This document shows, piece by piece, positions 19,018-28,900 of a DNA stretch of 64,000 bases; positions within the stretch are counted from its first letter, which is position 1; each line of letters starts with the position of its first letter. The stretch is from assembly GCA_963713045.1 (NCBI GenBank), contig CAVQKE010000004.1, positions 448,001 to 512,000 of the forward strand, read 5' to 3'. The notes under the pieces are model-generated. The model was not told the DNA's origin and did no database searches. It saw only the letters and a list, made by a program, of their open reading frames with translations. Both the position numbers and the translations under genes were made by a program. Source of the stretch: an uncultured delta proteobacterium. Lineage in GTDB: Bacteria; Myxococcota; Myxococcia; Myxococcales; Myxococcaceae.

Positions 19018-19379
19018 AGGACGGGCTGCTTCGGCTGCCCTTCCTGCGCCGCGCGCCGCTGCTGCTCCTGGTGGTGGCCGGCGTTTTCCTGTGGCGCAGC
19101 GAGCTTTTCCCACAGCCGCGGACGCTGCTTTGGGAGTTGCCCGAGGCCGTCGACGTGACACGGGCCGAAGTCCAGCTATGGCAAGGCGACCGGCTGCTCG
19201 CCCGTGCCGAATGGCTATCCCATCCCCAAGGCCCACTGGTGCAGCGCCTCCAGCTACGCCCTGGACACTACCGCGCCCTGACGTTTCTCGAGCTGGCTGG
19301 AGGCAGTCGCGAGCAGCACAGCCAACAGCTGCAAGTTGCGTCGGAAGAGACGCTCCACCTGTCGGTGCGGCCGCGTTGA
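19014..19379 (+). CDS. Hypothetical membrane-anchored protein
   Basis: ATGA overlap with the upstream stop and an N-terminal hydrophobic helix. Confidence 0.6.
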   Translation: MKDGLLRLPFLRRAPLLLLVVAGVFLWRSELFPQPRTLLWELPEAVDVTRAEVQLWQGDRLLARAEWLSHPQGPLVQRLQLRPGHYRALTFLELAGGSREQHSQQLQVASEETLHLSVRPR

Positions 19380-19448
19380 CCGGCCTCGGGCCACGGGCGT
19401 AAGAGGCGCGCGGCCCATCGCAGGGGCCCAAGAGAGGCGGCTGACGCC

Positions 19449-20297
19449 ATGGCGAATGAGCACGTGCTGGTGGTGGGTGCAGGGCAAATGGGGGCGGGCA
19501 TTGCCCAAGTCGCCCTGGGGGCAGGGTGCCGGGTGTCGCTGGTGGATGTCTCGGTCGAAGCGGTGGAGAAGGGCCTCGGCAGAATCCGCACCGGCTTCGC
19601 CAAGCTGCGCGACAAGGGCAAGCTGGACGCGGCCGCTGAAAGCGCCGCCCTGGGCCGGCTGGCCACCTTCACCGCGGTGCGCGAAGCCCGCGAGGTGGAC
19701 GTCGCCATCGAAGCCGTCACCGAGAATGAAGAACTCAAGAAGCGCATTTTTCAGGAGCTCGACGCCGTGGTGCGGCCCGGTGGCGTGCTTGCGACCAACA
19801 CCTCCTCCATCCCCATTACCCGCGTCGCCGCATCCATTCGCCGGCCGGAGGCGGTCATCGGAATGCACTTCATGAATCCGGTGCCCGTGATGCAGCTGGT
19901 GGAAATCATCCGGGGAGCGGCGACTTCGGAAGAGACCTACCAGCGCACCCGCCAGCTCGCCGAGCGGATGGGCAAGACGGTCGTCACCAGCCGAGACTTT
20001 CCAGGGTTCATCGTCAACCGGATTCTCATCCCGATGCTGAACGAGGCCGCCTATGCGTTGATGGAGGGCCTCGGGACGGCGGAGGACATCGACACCGCGA
20101 TGAAGCTCGGCACCAACCAGCCGATGGGACCACTGCAGCTCGCCGACTTCATCGGACTGGACACCGTCCTCTTCATCGCTGGGGTGATGCACCAGGGCCT
20201 CGGCGACCCGAAGTACCGTCCCTGTCCACTGCTGCGTCAGTATGTGGACGCCGGCTGGCTTGGCCGTAAGTCGGGCCGTGGCTTTTACCAGTACTAA
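19449..20297 (+). CDS. hbd: 3-hydroxybutyryl-CoA dehydrogenase
   Basis: GAGQMGAGIA, IEAVTEN, ATNTSS, GMHFMNPVP, GFIVNR, PMGPL.LAD.IGLD. Confidence 0.92.
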   Translation: MANEHVLVVGAGQMGAGIAQVALGAGCRVSLVDVSVEAVEKGLGRIRTGFAKLRDKGKLDAAAESAALGRLATFTAVREAREVDVAIEAVTENEELKKRIFQELDAVVRPGGVLATNTSSIPITRVAASIRRPEAVIGMHFMNPVPVMQLVEIIRGAATSEETYQRTRQLAERMGKTVVTSRDFPGFIVNRILIPMLNEAAYALMEGLGTAEDIDTAMKLGTNQPMGPLQLADFIGLDTVLFIAGVMHQGLGDPKYRPCPLLRQYVDAGWLGRKSGRGFYQY

Positions 20298-20313
20298 AGA
20301 ATGAGACCTCGCC

Positions 20314-21096
20314 GTGATTGAACCCACCATCCGACTCGCCCTCGAGGGCACCACCGCCATCATCACGCTGGACCGGCCCAAGGCCCTCAATGCGCTGAAC
20401 ACCTCCACCCTGGAGCAGCTCGAAGAGACTCTCCAGGCGCTTGCCCAGAAGCCCGAGCTCCGGGGAGTGATTGTCACTGGGGCTGGAGAGAAGGCCTTCG
20501 TCGCCGGTGCGGACATCGCCGAAATGGTGAACCTCACCCTCGAGCAGGCGCTGGCCTTCGCCGCCCGTGGCCACCGGGTCTTCGATGCCCTGGAGCGCCT
20601 GCACTGTCCCACCCTGGCCGCGGTCAACGGCTTCGCCTTGGGCGGCGGCTGCGAGCTCGCCCTCGCCTGCGACCTCATCTACGCCTCGGACAACGCGAAG
20701 TTCGGGCTGCCGGAGGTTTCCCTGGGCATCATCCCCGGCTTCGGCGGCACCCAACGACTGAGTCGACTGGTGGGTGGCGCACGAGCCAAGGAGCTCATCT
20801 TCACCGGCGACATGGTGGACGCCGCCCGGGCCAAGGCCATCGGCCTGGCCCTCGACGTCGTCCCGGCCAGCCAGCTGCTTGCCCATTGCCACGCCGTGCT
20901 TGGCCGGATTGCCAAGAAAGGGCCCTTGGCGGTGGCCAAGGCCAAGCGCGTCATCGCCGAGGGAGCGGACCTACCGTTGGCCAAGGCCAACCAGCTCGAG
21001 CGGGACGCCTTTGCCAGCCTGTTTCAGTCGAGCGACCGCAGAGAGGGGATGAAGGCCTTCCTCGAGAAGCGTCCCGCTGTCTTCGGAGGCAGCTGA
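20314..21096 (+). CDS. crt: Enoyl-CoA hydratase (crotonase)
   Basis: KAFVAGADI, AVNGFALGGGCELALACD, FGLPEV.LG.IPGFGGTQRL. Confidence 0.9.
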   Translation: MIEPTIRLALEGTTAIITLDRPKALNALNTSTLEQLEETLQALAQKPELRGVIVTGAGEKAFVAGADIAEMVNLTLEQALAFAARGHRVFDALERLHCPTLAAVNGFALGGGCELALACDLIYASDNAKFGLPEVSLGIIPGFGGTQRLSRLVGGARAKELIFTGDMVDAARAKAIGLALDVVPASQLLAHCHAVLGRIAKKGPLAVAKAKRVIAEGADLPLAKANQLERDAFASLFQSSDRREGMKAFLEKRPAVFGGS

Positions 21097-21159
21097 CGGC
21101 AAGGGCGCCGTCGACTTTCAGCCCTTCGGCCGCTAAGCACCCCAGGGGCGAGGAATGAA

Positions 21160-22302
21160 ATGAATTTTGAGCTGAACGAGCTGCAGCACCACGTCCAGCG
21201 GCTCTGCCGCGAGTTTGCGGCGCGCGAGCTCACCCCCCATGCACGGCAGTGGGATGAGGAACATCGCTTCCCAGCCGAGGCGGTGAAGCAGCTGGCCGAG
21301 TTGGCACTGCTCGGCGTCGCCGTTCCCGAAGCGTACGGTGGGGCCGGCCTGGACAACGTGGCCTACGCGGTCGCCATCGAAGAAATCAGCCGAGGCTGCG
21401 CTTCCACGGGCGTCATCCTCAGCGTCAACAACTCGCTCTACTGTGACCCGGTCCTCAAGTACGGCACCGAGGCCCAAAAGCAGACCTTCCTCGTCCCCTT
21501 TGCCCGCGGGGAGAAGCTGGGCTGCTTTGGGCTGACTGAGCCAGAGGCCGGCTCGGACGCGGCCGCCCAAAAGACGACTGCCGTCCGCAGGGCGCAAGGC
21601 TACGTCCTCAACGGCAGTAAGAATTGGATTACCAACGGCCCGGTCGCGGACGCGATTGTTCTCTTCGCGATGACCGACCGAGAGGCCGGCCACCGGGGCA
21701 TTTCCGCCTTTCTCGTCCCGACCGACACCCCGGGCTTCATCCGCGCCAAGCCGGACCGGAAAATGGGCATCTGCGCCGCTCCGTCGTGTTCCATCTTCTT
21801 CGAGGACTGCCGAGTGCCAGCCGAACACCTTCTCGGCAACGAGGGGGATGGCTTCAAGATTGCCATGTCCACCTTGGACGGCGGCCGCATCGGCATTGCT
21901 TCGCAGGCCATCGGCATCGCCCGCGCCGCCTTCGAGGAAGCGCGCGCCTATTCCCTTGAGCGAAAGACGTTTGGCCAACCCATTGCCCAACACCAAGCCA
22001 TCCAATTCATGCTGGCCGACATGGCGACTGAGCTCGACGCAGCTCGACTTCTCACCCGTCAGGCGGCCCAGCTGAAGGACGCGGGCGGACGACACTCCGC
22101 GGAGAGTGCCATGGCCAAGCTGTATGCCTCCGAGATGGCCAGCCGCGTCGCAAACAAGGCACTGCAAGTCTTCGGCGGTCAGGGGTACAGCAAAGAATTC
22201 GATGCCGAGCGACACGTCCGCGACGCGCGGATTACGGAAATTTACGAAGGGACGAGTGAGATTCAGCGGCTCGTCATTTCTGCGAATCTGCTGAGGGACT
22301 AA
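21160..22302 (+). CDS. Short-chain (butyryl-CoA-type) acyl-CoA dehydrogenase
   Basis: CFGLTEPEAGSDA, NGSKNWITN, R.TFG, IYEGTSEIQR. Confidence 0.93.
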   Translation: MNFELNELQHHVQRLCREFAARELTPHARQWDEEHRFPAEAVKQLAELALLGVAVPEAYGGAGLDNVAYAVAIEEISRGCASTGVILSVNNSLYCDPVLKYGTEAQKQTFLVPFARGEKLGCFGLTEPEAGSDAAAQKTTAVRRAQGYVLNGSKNWITNGPVADAIVLFAMTDREAGHRGISAFLVPTDTPGFIRAKPDRKMGICAAPSCSIFFEDCRVPAEHLLGNEGDGFKIAMSTLDGGRIGIASQAIGIARAAFEEARAYSLERKTFGQPIAQHQAIQFMLADMATELDAARLLTRQAAQLKDAGGRHSAESAMAKLYASEMASRVANKALQVFGGQGYSKEFDAERHVRDARITEIYEGTSEIQRLVISANLLRD

Positions 22303-22319
22303 CCCCCCGGAGCCCGCCG

Positions 22320-22748
22320 ATGCTCTTGCCGTTGACATTGCTTGCCCTGACGCTGGCTGGCAGCTCCGACGCAGGGCCCCCGCCTTCGGACGCCCAAGCA
22401 CCTCCCAACACGCCAGCGCCAAAAGCGCTGGACGTCGCACAACTGCCCTTCACGCCCGATTCCATCGCCCAGGTGGTGCGCTTCCACCAGCCGGAAATTC
22501 AGGACTGCTACGAGAAGACGCTGGCCGCGCGACAAGAGAAGCTCCAGGGACGGTTGATGACCCACTTCGTCATTACGCCGTCGGGGAGCGTCACTGGAGC
22601 TCAGGTGGAAAAGCGGGGCACCACCCTCAAAGACAAGGAGCTGCACGCCTGTGTGGTGGGCGTCCTTGGCAAGCTGAAATTTCCCAAACCACCCGACGGG
22701 AAGAATCACCCAGTGGAATACCCCTTCAACCTCAAGCCCATCGACTAG
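22320..22748 (+). CDS. Secreted AgmX/PglI C-terminal (TonB_C-like) domain protein
   Basis: Signal peptide, then I..CYE...L.G.....F.I...G.V....CV...L..L.FP.P.....VEYPF. Confidence 0.8.
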   Translation: MLLPLTLLALTLAGSSDAGPPPSDAQAPPNTPAPKALDVAQLPFTPDSIAQVVRFHQPEIQDCYEKTLAARQEKLQGRLMTHFVITPSGSVTGAQVEKRGTTLKDKELHACVVGVLGKLKFPKPPDGKNHPVEYPFNLKPID

Positions 22749-22750
22749 CC

Positions 22751-23896
22751 ATGGACCTGGAGCTGAGCCACACCCAAGCCTTGGTCCGCCAGACGGCCCG
22801 CACCTTTGCCCAGGAGCGTGTGCAGCCTGGGGCGCGCGAGCGCGACCGGGAGGAGCGCTTTCCGGTGGACCTGCTGCGGGAGATGGCTGGCCTGGGGCTG
22901 ATGGGCGTTAACGTCCCCGCAGCCTACGGCGGAGCCGAGGCCGGTGCCGTTGCCTACGCGCTGGCGATGATGGAGATGGCCTCCGCCTGTGCCTCCACCG
23001 CCGTGGCCATGGCCGTCACCAACATGTGCGCCGAACTCATCTGCGCCTTTGGTACCGAGGAGCAAAAGCGCTCCTACGTCCCGCGGTTGGTTTCCGGCGA
23101 GGCAGTGGCCGGAGCCTTTGCCCTCTCTGAGCCGCAATGCGGAAGCGATGCTGCCGGACTGACCACCACTGCCGTCCGAAGGGGCAACGGCTGGGTCCTC
23201 AACGGCGCCAAGCAGTGGATTACATCCGGGGCCTACGCCGGAGTGATGGTGGTGTGGGCCCGCTCGGGTGGGCCGGGAAGCCAAGGGTTGTCCGCCTTCC
23301 TGGTCGAGGGTGGCACGCCGGGACTCCAGGTCGGACCGCCGGAAGACAAGCTCGGCCTGCGGGCATCCAACACCGTGCCGCTGGTCTTCGAAGACTGCGC
23401 GCTACCGGCCTCGGCGCTGCTGGGCAGGGAAGGGGAGGGCTTCAGGTTGGCGATGGTGGCGCTGGACGGTGGGCGGATTGGAATTGCTTCGCAGGCCTGT
23501 GGGGTCGCTCGGGCCGCCCTCGACGCGACGCTGCGCTACGTGCGCGAGCGACGTGCCTTCGGGAAGCACCTCGGCGAATTTCAAGCAGTGCGCTTCATGC
23601 TCGCCAACATCAGGACCGAGCTCAGCGCGGCCGAGGCGCTGACCCTCCGGGCCGCGTGGCTGAAGGAGCAGCAGCGGCCCTTCACCCAGGAGGCCTCGAT
23701 GGCAAAGCTGTTCGCGAGCGAGATGTCCAACCGGGCCTGCGACAAGGCGGTGCAGCTGCACGGAGGTTACGGCTACATCGACGAGTTTCCGGTGGAGCGC
23801 TACCTGAGGGACGCGCGCGTCCAGACCATCTACGAGGGAACGAGCGAGATTCAGCGGGTGGTCATCGCCCGCGAAGTCCTGCGGGCGGCGAGCTAA
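22751..23896 (+). CDS. Acyl-CoA dehydrogenase
   Basis: FALSEPQCGSDA, NGAKQWIT, QLHGGYGY, IYEGTSEIQR. Confidence 0.93.
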   Translation: MDLELSHTQALVRQTARTFAQERVQPGARERDREERFPVDLLREMAGLGLMGVNVPAAYGGAEAGAVAYALAMMEMASACASTAVAMAVTNMCAELICAFGTEEQKRSYVPRLVSGEAVAGAFALSEPQCGSDAAGLTTTAVRRGNGWVLNGAKQWITSGAYAGVMVVWARSGGPGSQGLSAFLVEGGTPGLQVGPPEDKLGLRASNTVPLVFEDCALPASALLGREGEGFRLAMVALDGGRIGIASQACGVARAALDATLRYVRERRAFGKHLGEFQAVRFMLANIRTELSAAEALTLRAAWLKEQQRPFTQEASMAKLFASEMSNRACDKAVQLHGGYGYIDEFPVERYLRDARVQTIYEGTSEIQRVVIAREVLRAAS

Positions 23897-23973
23897 AGCC
23901 GGCTGTTGCGCCGCGGGGCCCACGGCGCACCCTCCGCAGTCGTCACCCGGGGGGGGGGGGCGAAAGCAGTGCC

Positions 23974-24549
23974 TCACGCCCCCATCAGGATGAGGCTCAG
24001 GAAGGTCGCCGCCTCGAGGTCGCTCCAGGTGGCCATCACCGCCGGAATCTGAAGGTAGCCATACGCTCCCGGCACCATCTGGCCCTCGTACTTCTCCCCA
24101 GTCCAAGTGAGGTTGTAGGTGACGACGCCAATGCGCCCGTGGATGGCCTTCGGGCTGATGATGTAGTCCGTATTCCCGGCGCCCATGGCCCCGGTAATGT
24201 GTGCGCTGCCGTCCGGGTTAATCTCGACCAGACAGCTGAAGGGCACGCTGCCCACCAGGCCCGTGGCCTTGTTCTCTTGAATGGTGACCTGGACTGTCCT
24301 CCCGGAGTTCCCCGTTCCCCGAATGACCCCGCGGCCCACGTCGAGATTGGCGCGGGGGCCAGTCACCGAATGGCCCAGAATGGTGAGTGAAATCTGGCCA
24401 CCGTTGGCCGTTCCCTGAAGGTTATTGCCGGTCGACATGGAGACCGAGGCGAGCTTCCAGTTGGGCGGTGGACCCGACGGAACCGGCTCAGGAGGCGTGG
24501 CGCAGGCAGTCACAGCGAGAAAAAACGGGGCGATGCGTGAAACTCGCAT
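23974..24549 (-). CDS. Putative beta-rich lipoprotein
   Basis: AGGAGG SD, MRVSRIAPFFLAVTA-C lipobox, Gly/Thr-rich beta strands. Confidence 0.7.
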   Translation of the reverse strand: MRVSRIAPFFLAVTACATPPEPVPSGPPPNWKLASVSMSTGNNLQGTANGGQISLTILGHSVTGPRANLDVGRGVIRGTGNSGRTVQVTIQENKATGLVGSVPFSCLVEINPDGSAHITGAMGAGNTDYIISPKAIHGRIGVVTYNLTWTGEKYEGQMVPGAYGYLQIPAVMATWSDLEAATFLSLILMGA

Positions 24550-24689
24550 ACAGCCTCCTGACATTTGAAAAGATGGGCGGAGAGTCTGCCCTGAAACGCG
24601 ACCGAGCGCATCCCCTGGTTGACCCTCCCCTCTCGGGGAGACGGGCACAGCGCAGACCAGTGGAGCGCGGCCTTCGGCGGCCAAGCCGT

Positions 24690-25883
24690 TCACGCTCTCA
24701 AAGACGTGGGCGGTTGCCCCGGCCTCGGTGCTTGGTTGCCGGCTCCAAGCTCACGGGACACCTCCGCAGCAATGTGTCGAGCCTCCAGAGCAATTTCGCG
24801 CAGCATCCCCGTCGGGGTGACGTTGAAACCGCAGAGGTACAGGCCCGGGAGCTTCGTTTCGCCGCCGCCCCTCTCCAGCGGCTTCCCAGTCGCGTCCATC
24901 AGCTGAGCGGTGTCCAGAATCCGCCCCAGCCCGGCGCGGTAGCCCGTGGCAAGGACGACGACTTCAAAACTGGCTTCGGTGCCATCGTCAAAGGTGACGC
25001 CGCGCTCGGTGAATGCTTTGACGCCTGCTCGCACCTGGATGTGCTGCTGACGGATTAAGTCCACAGTTCCAACGTCAATCAGGGGAATCCGCCACCCACC
25101 AACGACCTGCGCAAAGGGCCCTTCGGCCGACTTCTGAAGGCCCAAGCGCGAGATGTCGCCAAACTTCAGGCGCAACAGGGGCGCGGAAAGCGCGTCGGCG
25201 AGGCCGGGAGGCAATCTCGAGAGGACTTGCGCCCAGCTCATCAACGGGAGCCCAAGCAAATCGCGGGGCAGGAGGTTGACCGGGCGGCGGACAACGATGC
25301 TCGGCCGCGCGCCCTGCTCGAACAAGTCAATCGCAATTTCGCCGCCCGAGTTGCCGAAACCCACCACCAGCACGTCCTGGTCTTTGAAGGGGGCGCCGGA
25401 GCGGTACTCGGAACTGTGCAAGAGACGGCCGCGGTACCCCTCCTTCCCCGGCCAACGCGGTCGAACCGGCTCGGCGTTGTAACCGGTCGAGAGGACCAAC
25501 ACCCGCGCGCGGTACCGACCGACGGCGCTCTTCACCTCCCAACCACCGTCCAGCGGTCGTGCCGCCGCCACCTCCTCGCCGAAGCGCGGGGCCAGCGAAA
25601 AGGCACGGGCATAGGCCTCCAGGTAGTCGATGACTTGCTGGCGTGAGGGGTAGCGGGGATAGCTCCGGGGCAGCGGTAGGTGCGGCAACGAGGAGTGGGC
25701 CCGGTCGGTGTGCAGGTGCAGTCGGTCGTAGTGCCGGCGCCAGGAAGCGCCTACCTGTTGGTCCTTCTCCAGCATCACGAAGTCGATGCCGGCCTTTCGG
25801 AGGCAGGCGCCCACCGCGAGACCGGCCGGGCCGGAGCCAACCACCACCACGTCCGTCGTAACGTCTCGGTGGCTCACGTCCAT
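24690..25883 (-). CDS. Flavin-containing monooxygenase (class B, YUCCA-like)
   Basis: FAD motif GSGPAG, YDRLHLH, FMO motif YRGRLLHSSEY, NADPH motif GFGNSG, LATGY. Confidence 0.88.
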   Translation of the reverse strand: MDVSHRDVTTDVVVVGSGPAGLAVGACLRKAGIDFVMLEKDQQVGASWRRHYDRLHLHTDRAHSSLPHLPLPRSYPRYPSRQQVIDYLEAYARAFSLAPRFGEEVAAARPLDGGWEVKSAVGRYRARVLVLSTGYNAEPVRPRWPGKEGYRGRLLHSSEYRSGAPFKDQDVLVVGFGNSGGEIAIDLFEQGARPSIVVRRPVNLLPRDLLGLPLMSWAQVLSRLPPGLADALSAPLLRLKFGDISRLGLQKSAEGPFAQVVGGWRIPLIDVGTVDLIRQQHIQVRAGVKAFTERGVTFDDGTEASFEVVVLATGYRAGLGRILDTAQLMDATGKPLERGGGETKLPGLYLCGFNVTPTGMLREIALEARHIAAEVSRELGAGNQAPRPGQPPTSLRA

Positions 25884-26006
25884 GGCGGCGCCCTCTGACC
25901 GAAGTCGTGCCCCCCCGGCACAACCCACCATAGGCTGACTGTTGGACGCCGCGGGAGACCAACGCCTGGGGAGCGTTCCCGCCCCCCGACGTGAGCCGGC
26001 AGTCCT

Positions 26007-26579
26007 CTAGCCAGCTGGTTTCCACTTGATGTTGCAGCCGATGCTTGGCACCTGTGGCTCGGGGACCGCTGTTCCCGAAAGCACCGCGTCGAGCGCTCGG
26101 CGGAGGTCCAGCCCGGTGACCGGCTTTCCGTTGCCCGGACGACTTTCGTCAAATTGCCCGCGATAGGCGAGCCGGAAGCCTTCTCGCTCGCCGCGGTAGA
26201 GAAAAAGGTCCGGCGTGCAGGCAGCGTCGTAGGCCCGAGCCACTGCCTGGTCCTCGTCATAAAGGTACGGGAAGCGAAAGTCCTGCTCGCGGGCCTGCTC
26301 GGCGAGGCTGGCGGGCGCATCGTCAGGATAGCTGTCCGCGTCATTGGAGGAGATGGCCACCAAGCCGACGTCCTTGCCCTGGTAACTCCGGCCGATGCGT
26401 GCCAGCTCGCCCTGCACGTGCGACACGTACGGACAGTGCCGACAGATGAAGATGACGAGTAGCGCGCGCCGCCCGGCGAAGTCCTCGAGGCGTACCGTCT
26501 TCCCCGTTCGGACATCCGGCAGCGCAAACCCTGGGGCCGGAGTGCCCAACGCGACCATTGTGGAGGGCGTCTTGGACAT
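26007..26579 (-). CDS. Thioredoxin-fold AhpC/TSA family protein
   Basis: FICRHCPYV, ISSND..YPDD, YDAACTPD, PSIGCNIKW. Confidence 0.9.
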   Translation of the reverse strand: MSKTPSTMVALGTPAPGFALPDVRTGKTVRLEDFAGRRALLVIFICRHCPYVSHVQGELARIGRSYQGKDVGLVAISSNDADSYPDDAPASLAEQAREQDFRFPYLYDEDQAVARAYDAACTPDLFLYRGEREGFRLAYRGQFDESRPGNGKPVTGLDLRRALDAVLSGTAVPEPQVPSIGCNIKWKPAG

Positions 26580-26715
26580 GCCAAACCTCGCCGGGTGCTG
26601 CTCCACTAAACGCAAAACGCGGCGTCGAGGCAAACCAACGCCCTCGGGCGCTTTGCCCTGGGGCCGTGGGACCAACGGCCTCACCGTCCGGACTGCCAAA
26701 GGAGTTTTTCCACCC

Positions 26716-28857
26716 GTGCCCCATGACTGCCCCCGTGTCCTGCTCACCGCAGCCCTTCTCACCACTGCATTCGCCTGGGCTCAGTCCAGCACGGCCAACA
26801 GCGCAGACGCTGGCCCGGCCAGCGTCGCCGCCCCGTCCCGCGGCCCTTCCGCCGCTCCTCTGGTGGACGCACTGGTGGCCAAATACGGCGAAGGCCAACG
26901 GCAGCGGGCCGAGCAGGGCGTTCGCCAAGTGCTGGCCTTCTGGCGACTGGGGCCTGAGGGAGACGGAGATGAAAGGGCCCTCGCCGAATTCGTGACCAGC
27001 CAATTTATTGCCGACCCCGTCACTCTGGAGCGAACGCTGAACCGGTTTGCGGAAATTCTCGAGGCGGCGGATGGACACTTTCTGGAGGTTGGGCGGAGCT
27101 GGCGAAGCGGGGCCGAACTGGACCTCGGGCCAGAGCTAGCGGTGGACGGCCTTCTCGCGGCCACCGACCCTTCGGCCCACCTCCAGGAGGACCTTTTTTC
27201 CTCGAAAATCGCCTTCGTCGCTCTGCTCAACTGGCCGCTTCCCAGCCTCGACCAAATGGTGTCCGACGGACCAGCATGGACGCGGCGCCAATGGGCGGCG
27301 GCACGGCTGACACGCCGTTTCTCGCTCCGCCCAAGCGGAGCGGCGGAGGCGGCTCGGGCTGCAGCATCCGCCAAGGCAGAGGCCTACATCGCCGGCTACA
27401 ACCTGTGGGTTCACCATCTCCTGGCGCAGGACGGGACTCGCCCCTTCCCCAAGGGGAAGCGCCTCCTCAGCCATTGGAACCTCCGAGACCAAATCAAAGC
27501 GGACTACGCCGAGGGGGCCGCTGGCCTGACTCGGCAACGGCTTCTCGTGGTGGCCATGAATCGAATCGTGACCCAGGAGATTCCGGTTGCGGTCATCGAC
27601 GAGCCGCGACTCGACTGGAACCCGGTGGCCAATACGGTGCATCTTGCCCCCGTCGGCGAGGTGGAGGCACGGCCGGCGTCGCAGACGGCCGGCGAGCGGA
27701 AGCTCGCGGTGGACACGGCGCGCGAGCCGGACACCCGCTACGCCATGCTGTTGGAGACGTTTCGCGCGGCACGGCTCACCGACCGGGATTCGCCGCTCGC
27801 ACCCACCGAAATCGACCGGCGTTTCCAGCTGGACTCGGAGATTCCGGAAGCCCGTATCCAGGCCCTCCTCGAGGCCGTGGCCTCCTCGCCACTCGTTCCC
27901 CGGGTCGCGCGCCTGATTGAGAAGCGCCTTGGGCGCATGCTCGAGCCCCAAGACTTGTACTACGCCGGCTTCCTCGCTCGCGCCAAGTACACCGAGGCCG
28001 AGCTCGACGCCATTACGCGCAAGCGCTACCCGGATGCGGCGGCCTACAAGAAGGACATTCCGCGGCTCCTTCGGGGTTTGGGGTTCTCGGCCGAAAAGGC
28101 TTCCTGGCTCGCGGCACACATTCTGGTCGACCCGGCCCGGGGCTCCGGGCACGCGCTCCAGGCCGCCCGGCGGGGCGATTTTCCGCACCTGCGGACCCGC
28201 ATCTCACCCGGCGGCATGGACTACAAGGGCTACAACATCGCGGTCCACGAGATGGGCCACAATGTGGAGCAAGTCTTCTCTCTGTACTCGGTCGACAGCA
28301 CGCTGCTCCAAGGCGTGCCCGGCAACGCCTTTACCGAGGCGCTGGCCATGACGTTTCAGAACCGCGACCTCGAGCTGCTCGGCCTCAGCACTCCAGACGC
28401 TCACTCCACGCGCCTTCGCGTCCTCAACGACTTCTGGGCGACCTGGGAAATTTCGGGCGCCGCGCTGGTGGACTTGGCGGTGTGGCGCTGGCTGTATGCC
28501 CATCCGGATGCCACCGCTGCACAGCTGCGGGAGGCGACACTGGACATCGCCCGCGGACTTTGGAACCGGTACTACGCCCCGGTGCTCGGCGGAAAGGACT
28601 CGGTGCTGTTGGCCATCTACTCGCACATGGTGAGCGACTTCCTGTACCTGCCCTACTACCCGCTGGGGCACCTCATCGCCTTCCAGCTGGAAGACAAACT
28701 GAAAGGCCCGACAAGCGGCACGCAATTCGAGCGGGCGGCCTCATTTGGCCGGGTGACGCCGGACCTGTGGATGGTGCATGCCACCGGGGCTCCCGTCACC
28801 GCGGAGCCACTCTTTCGGGCAACGGCCGAGGCCTTGGCGGCCGAGGAAGCCGATTGA
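26716..28857 (+). CDS. Secreted putative zinc metallopeptidase (gluzincin, M2/M3-like)
   Basis: Signal peptide ending AFAWA, HEMGH, a downstream Glu in NAFTEAL, and H...YLPYY near the C-terminus. GTG start is inferred. Confidence 0.7.
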   Translation: MPHDCPRVLLTAALLTTAFAWAQSSTANSADAGPASVAAPSRGPSAAPLVDALVAKYGEGQRQRAEQGVRQVLAFWRLGPEGDGDERALAEFVTSQFIADPVTLERTLNRFAEILEAADGHFLEVGRSWRSGAELDLGPELAVDGLLAATDPSAHLQEDLFSSKIAFVALLNWPLPSLDQMVSDGPAWTRRQWAAARLTRRFSLRPSGAAEAARAAASAKAEAYIAGYNLWVHHLLAQDGTRPFPKGKRLLSHWNLRDQIKADYAEGAAGLTRQRLLVVAMNRIVTQEIPVAVIDEPRLDWNPVANTVHLAPVGEVEARPASQTAGERKLAVDTAREPDTRYAMLLETFRAARLTDRDSPLAPTEIDRRFQLDSEIPEARIQALLEAVASSPLVPRVARLIEKRLGRMLEPQDLYYAGFLARAKYTEAELDAITRKRYPDAAAYKKDIPRLLRGLGFSAEKASWLAAHILVDPARGSGHALQAARRGDFPHLRTRISPGGMDYKGYNIAVHEMGHNVEQVFSLYSVDSTLLQGVPGNAFTEALAMTFQNRDLELLGLSTPDAHSTRLRVLNDFWATWEISGAALVDLAVWRWLYAHPDATAAQLREATLDIARGLWNRYYAPVLGGKDSVLLAIYSHMVSDFLYLPYYPLGHLIAFQLEDKLKGPTSGTQFERAASFGRVTPDLWMVHATGAPVTAEPLFRATAEALAAEEAD

Positions 28858-28900
28858 CGCAAAGGCCCGCCCGCCTCGGAGCCAACCGGCACCGACGGTT

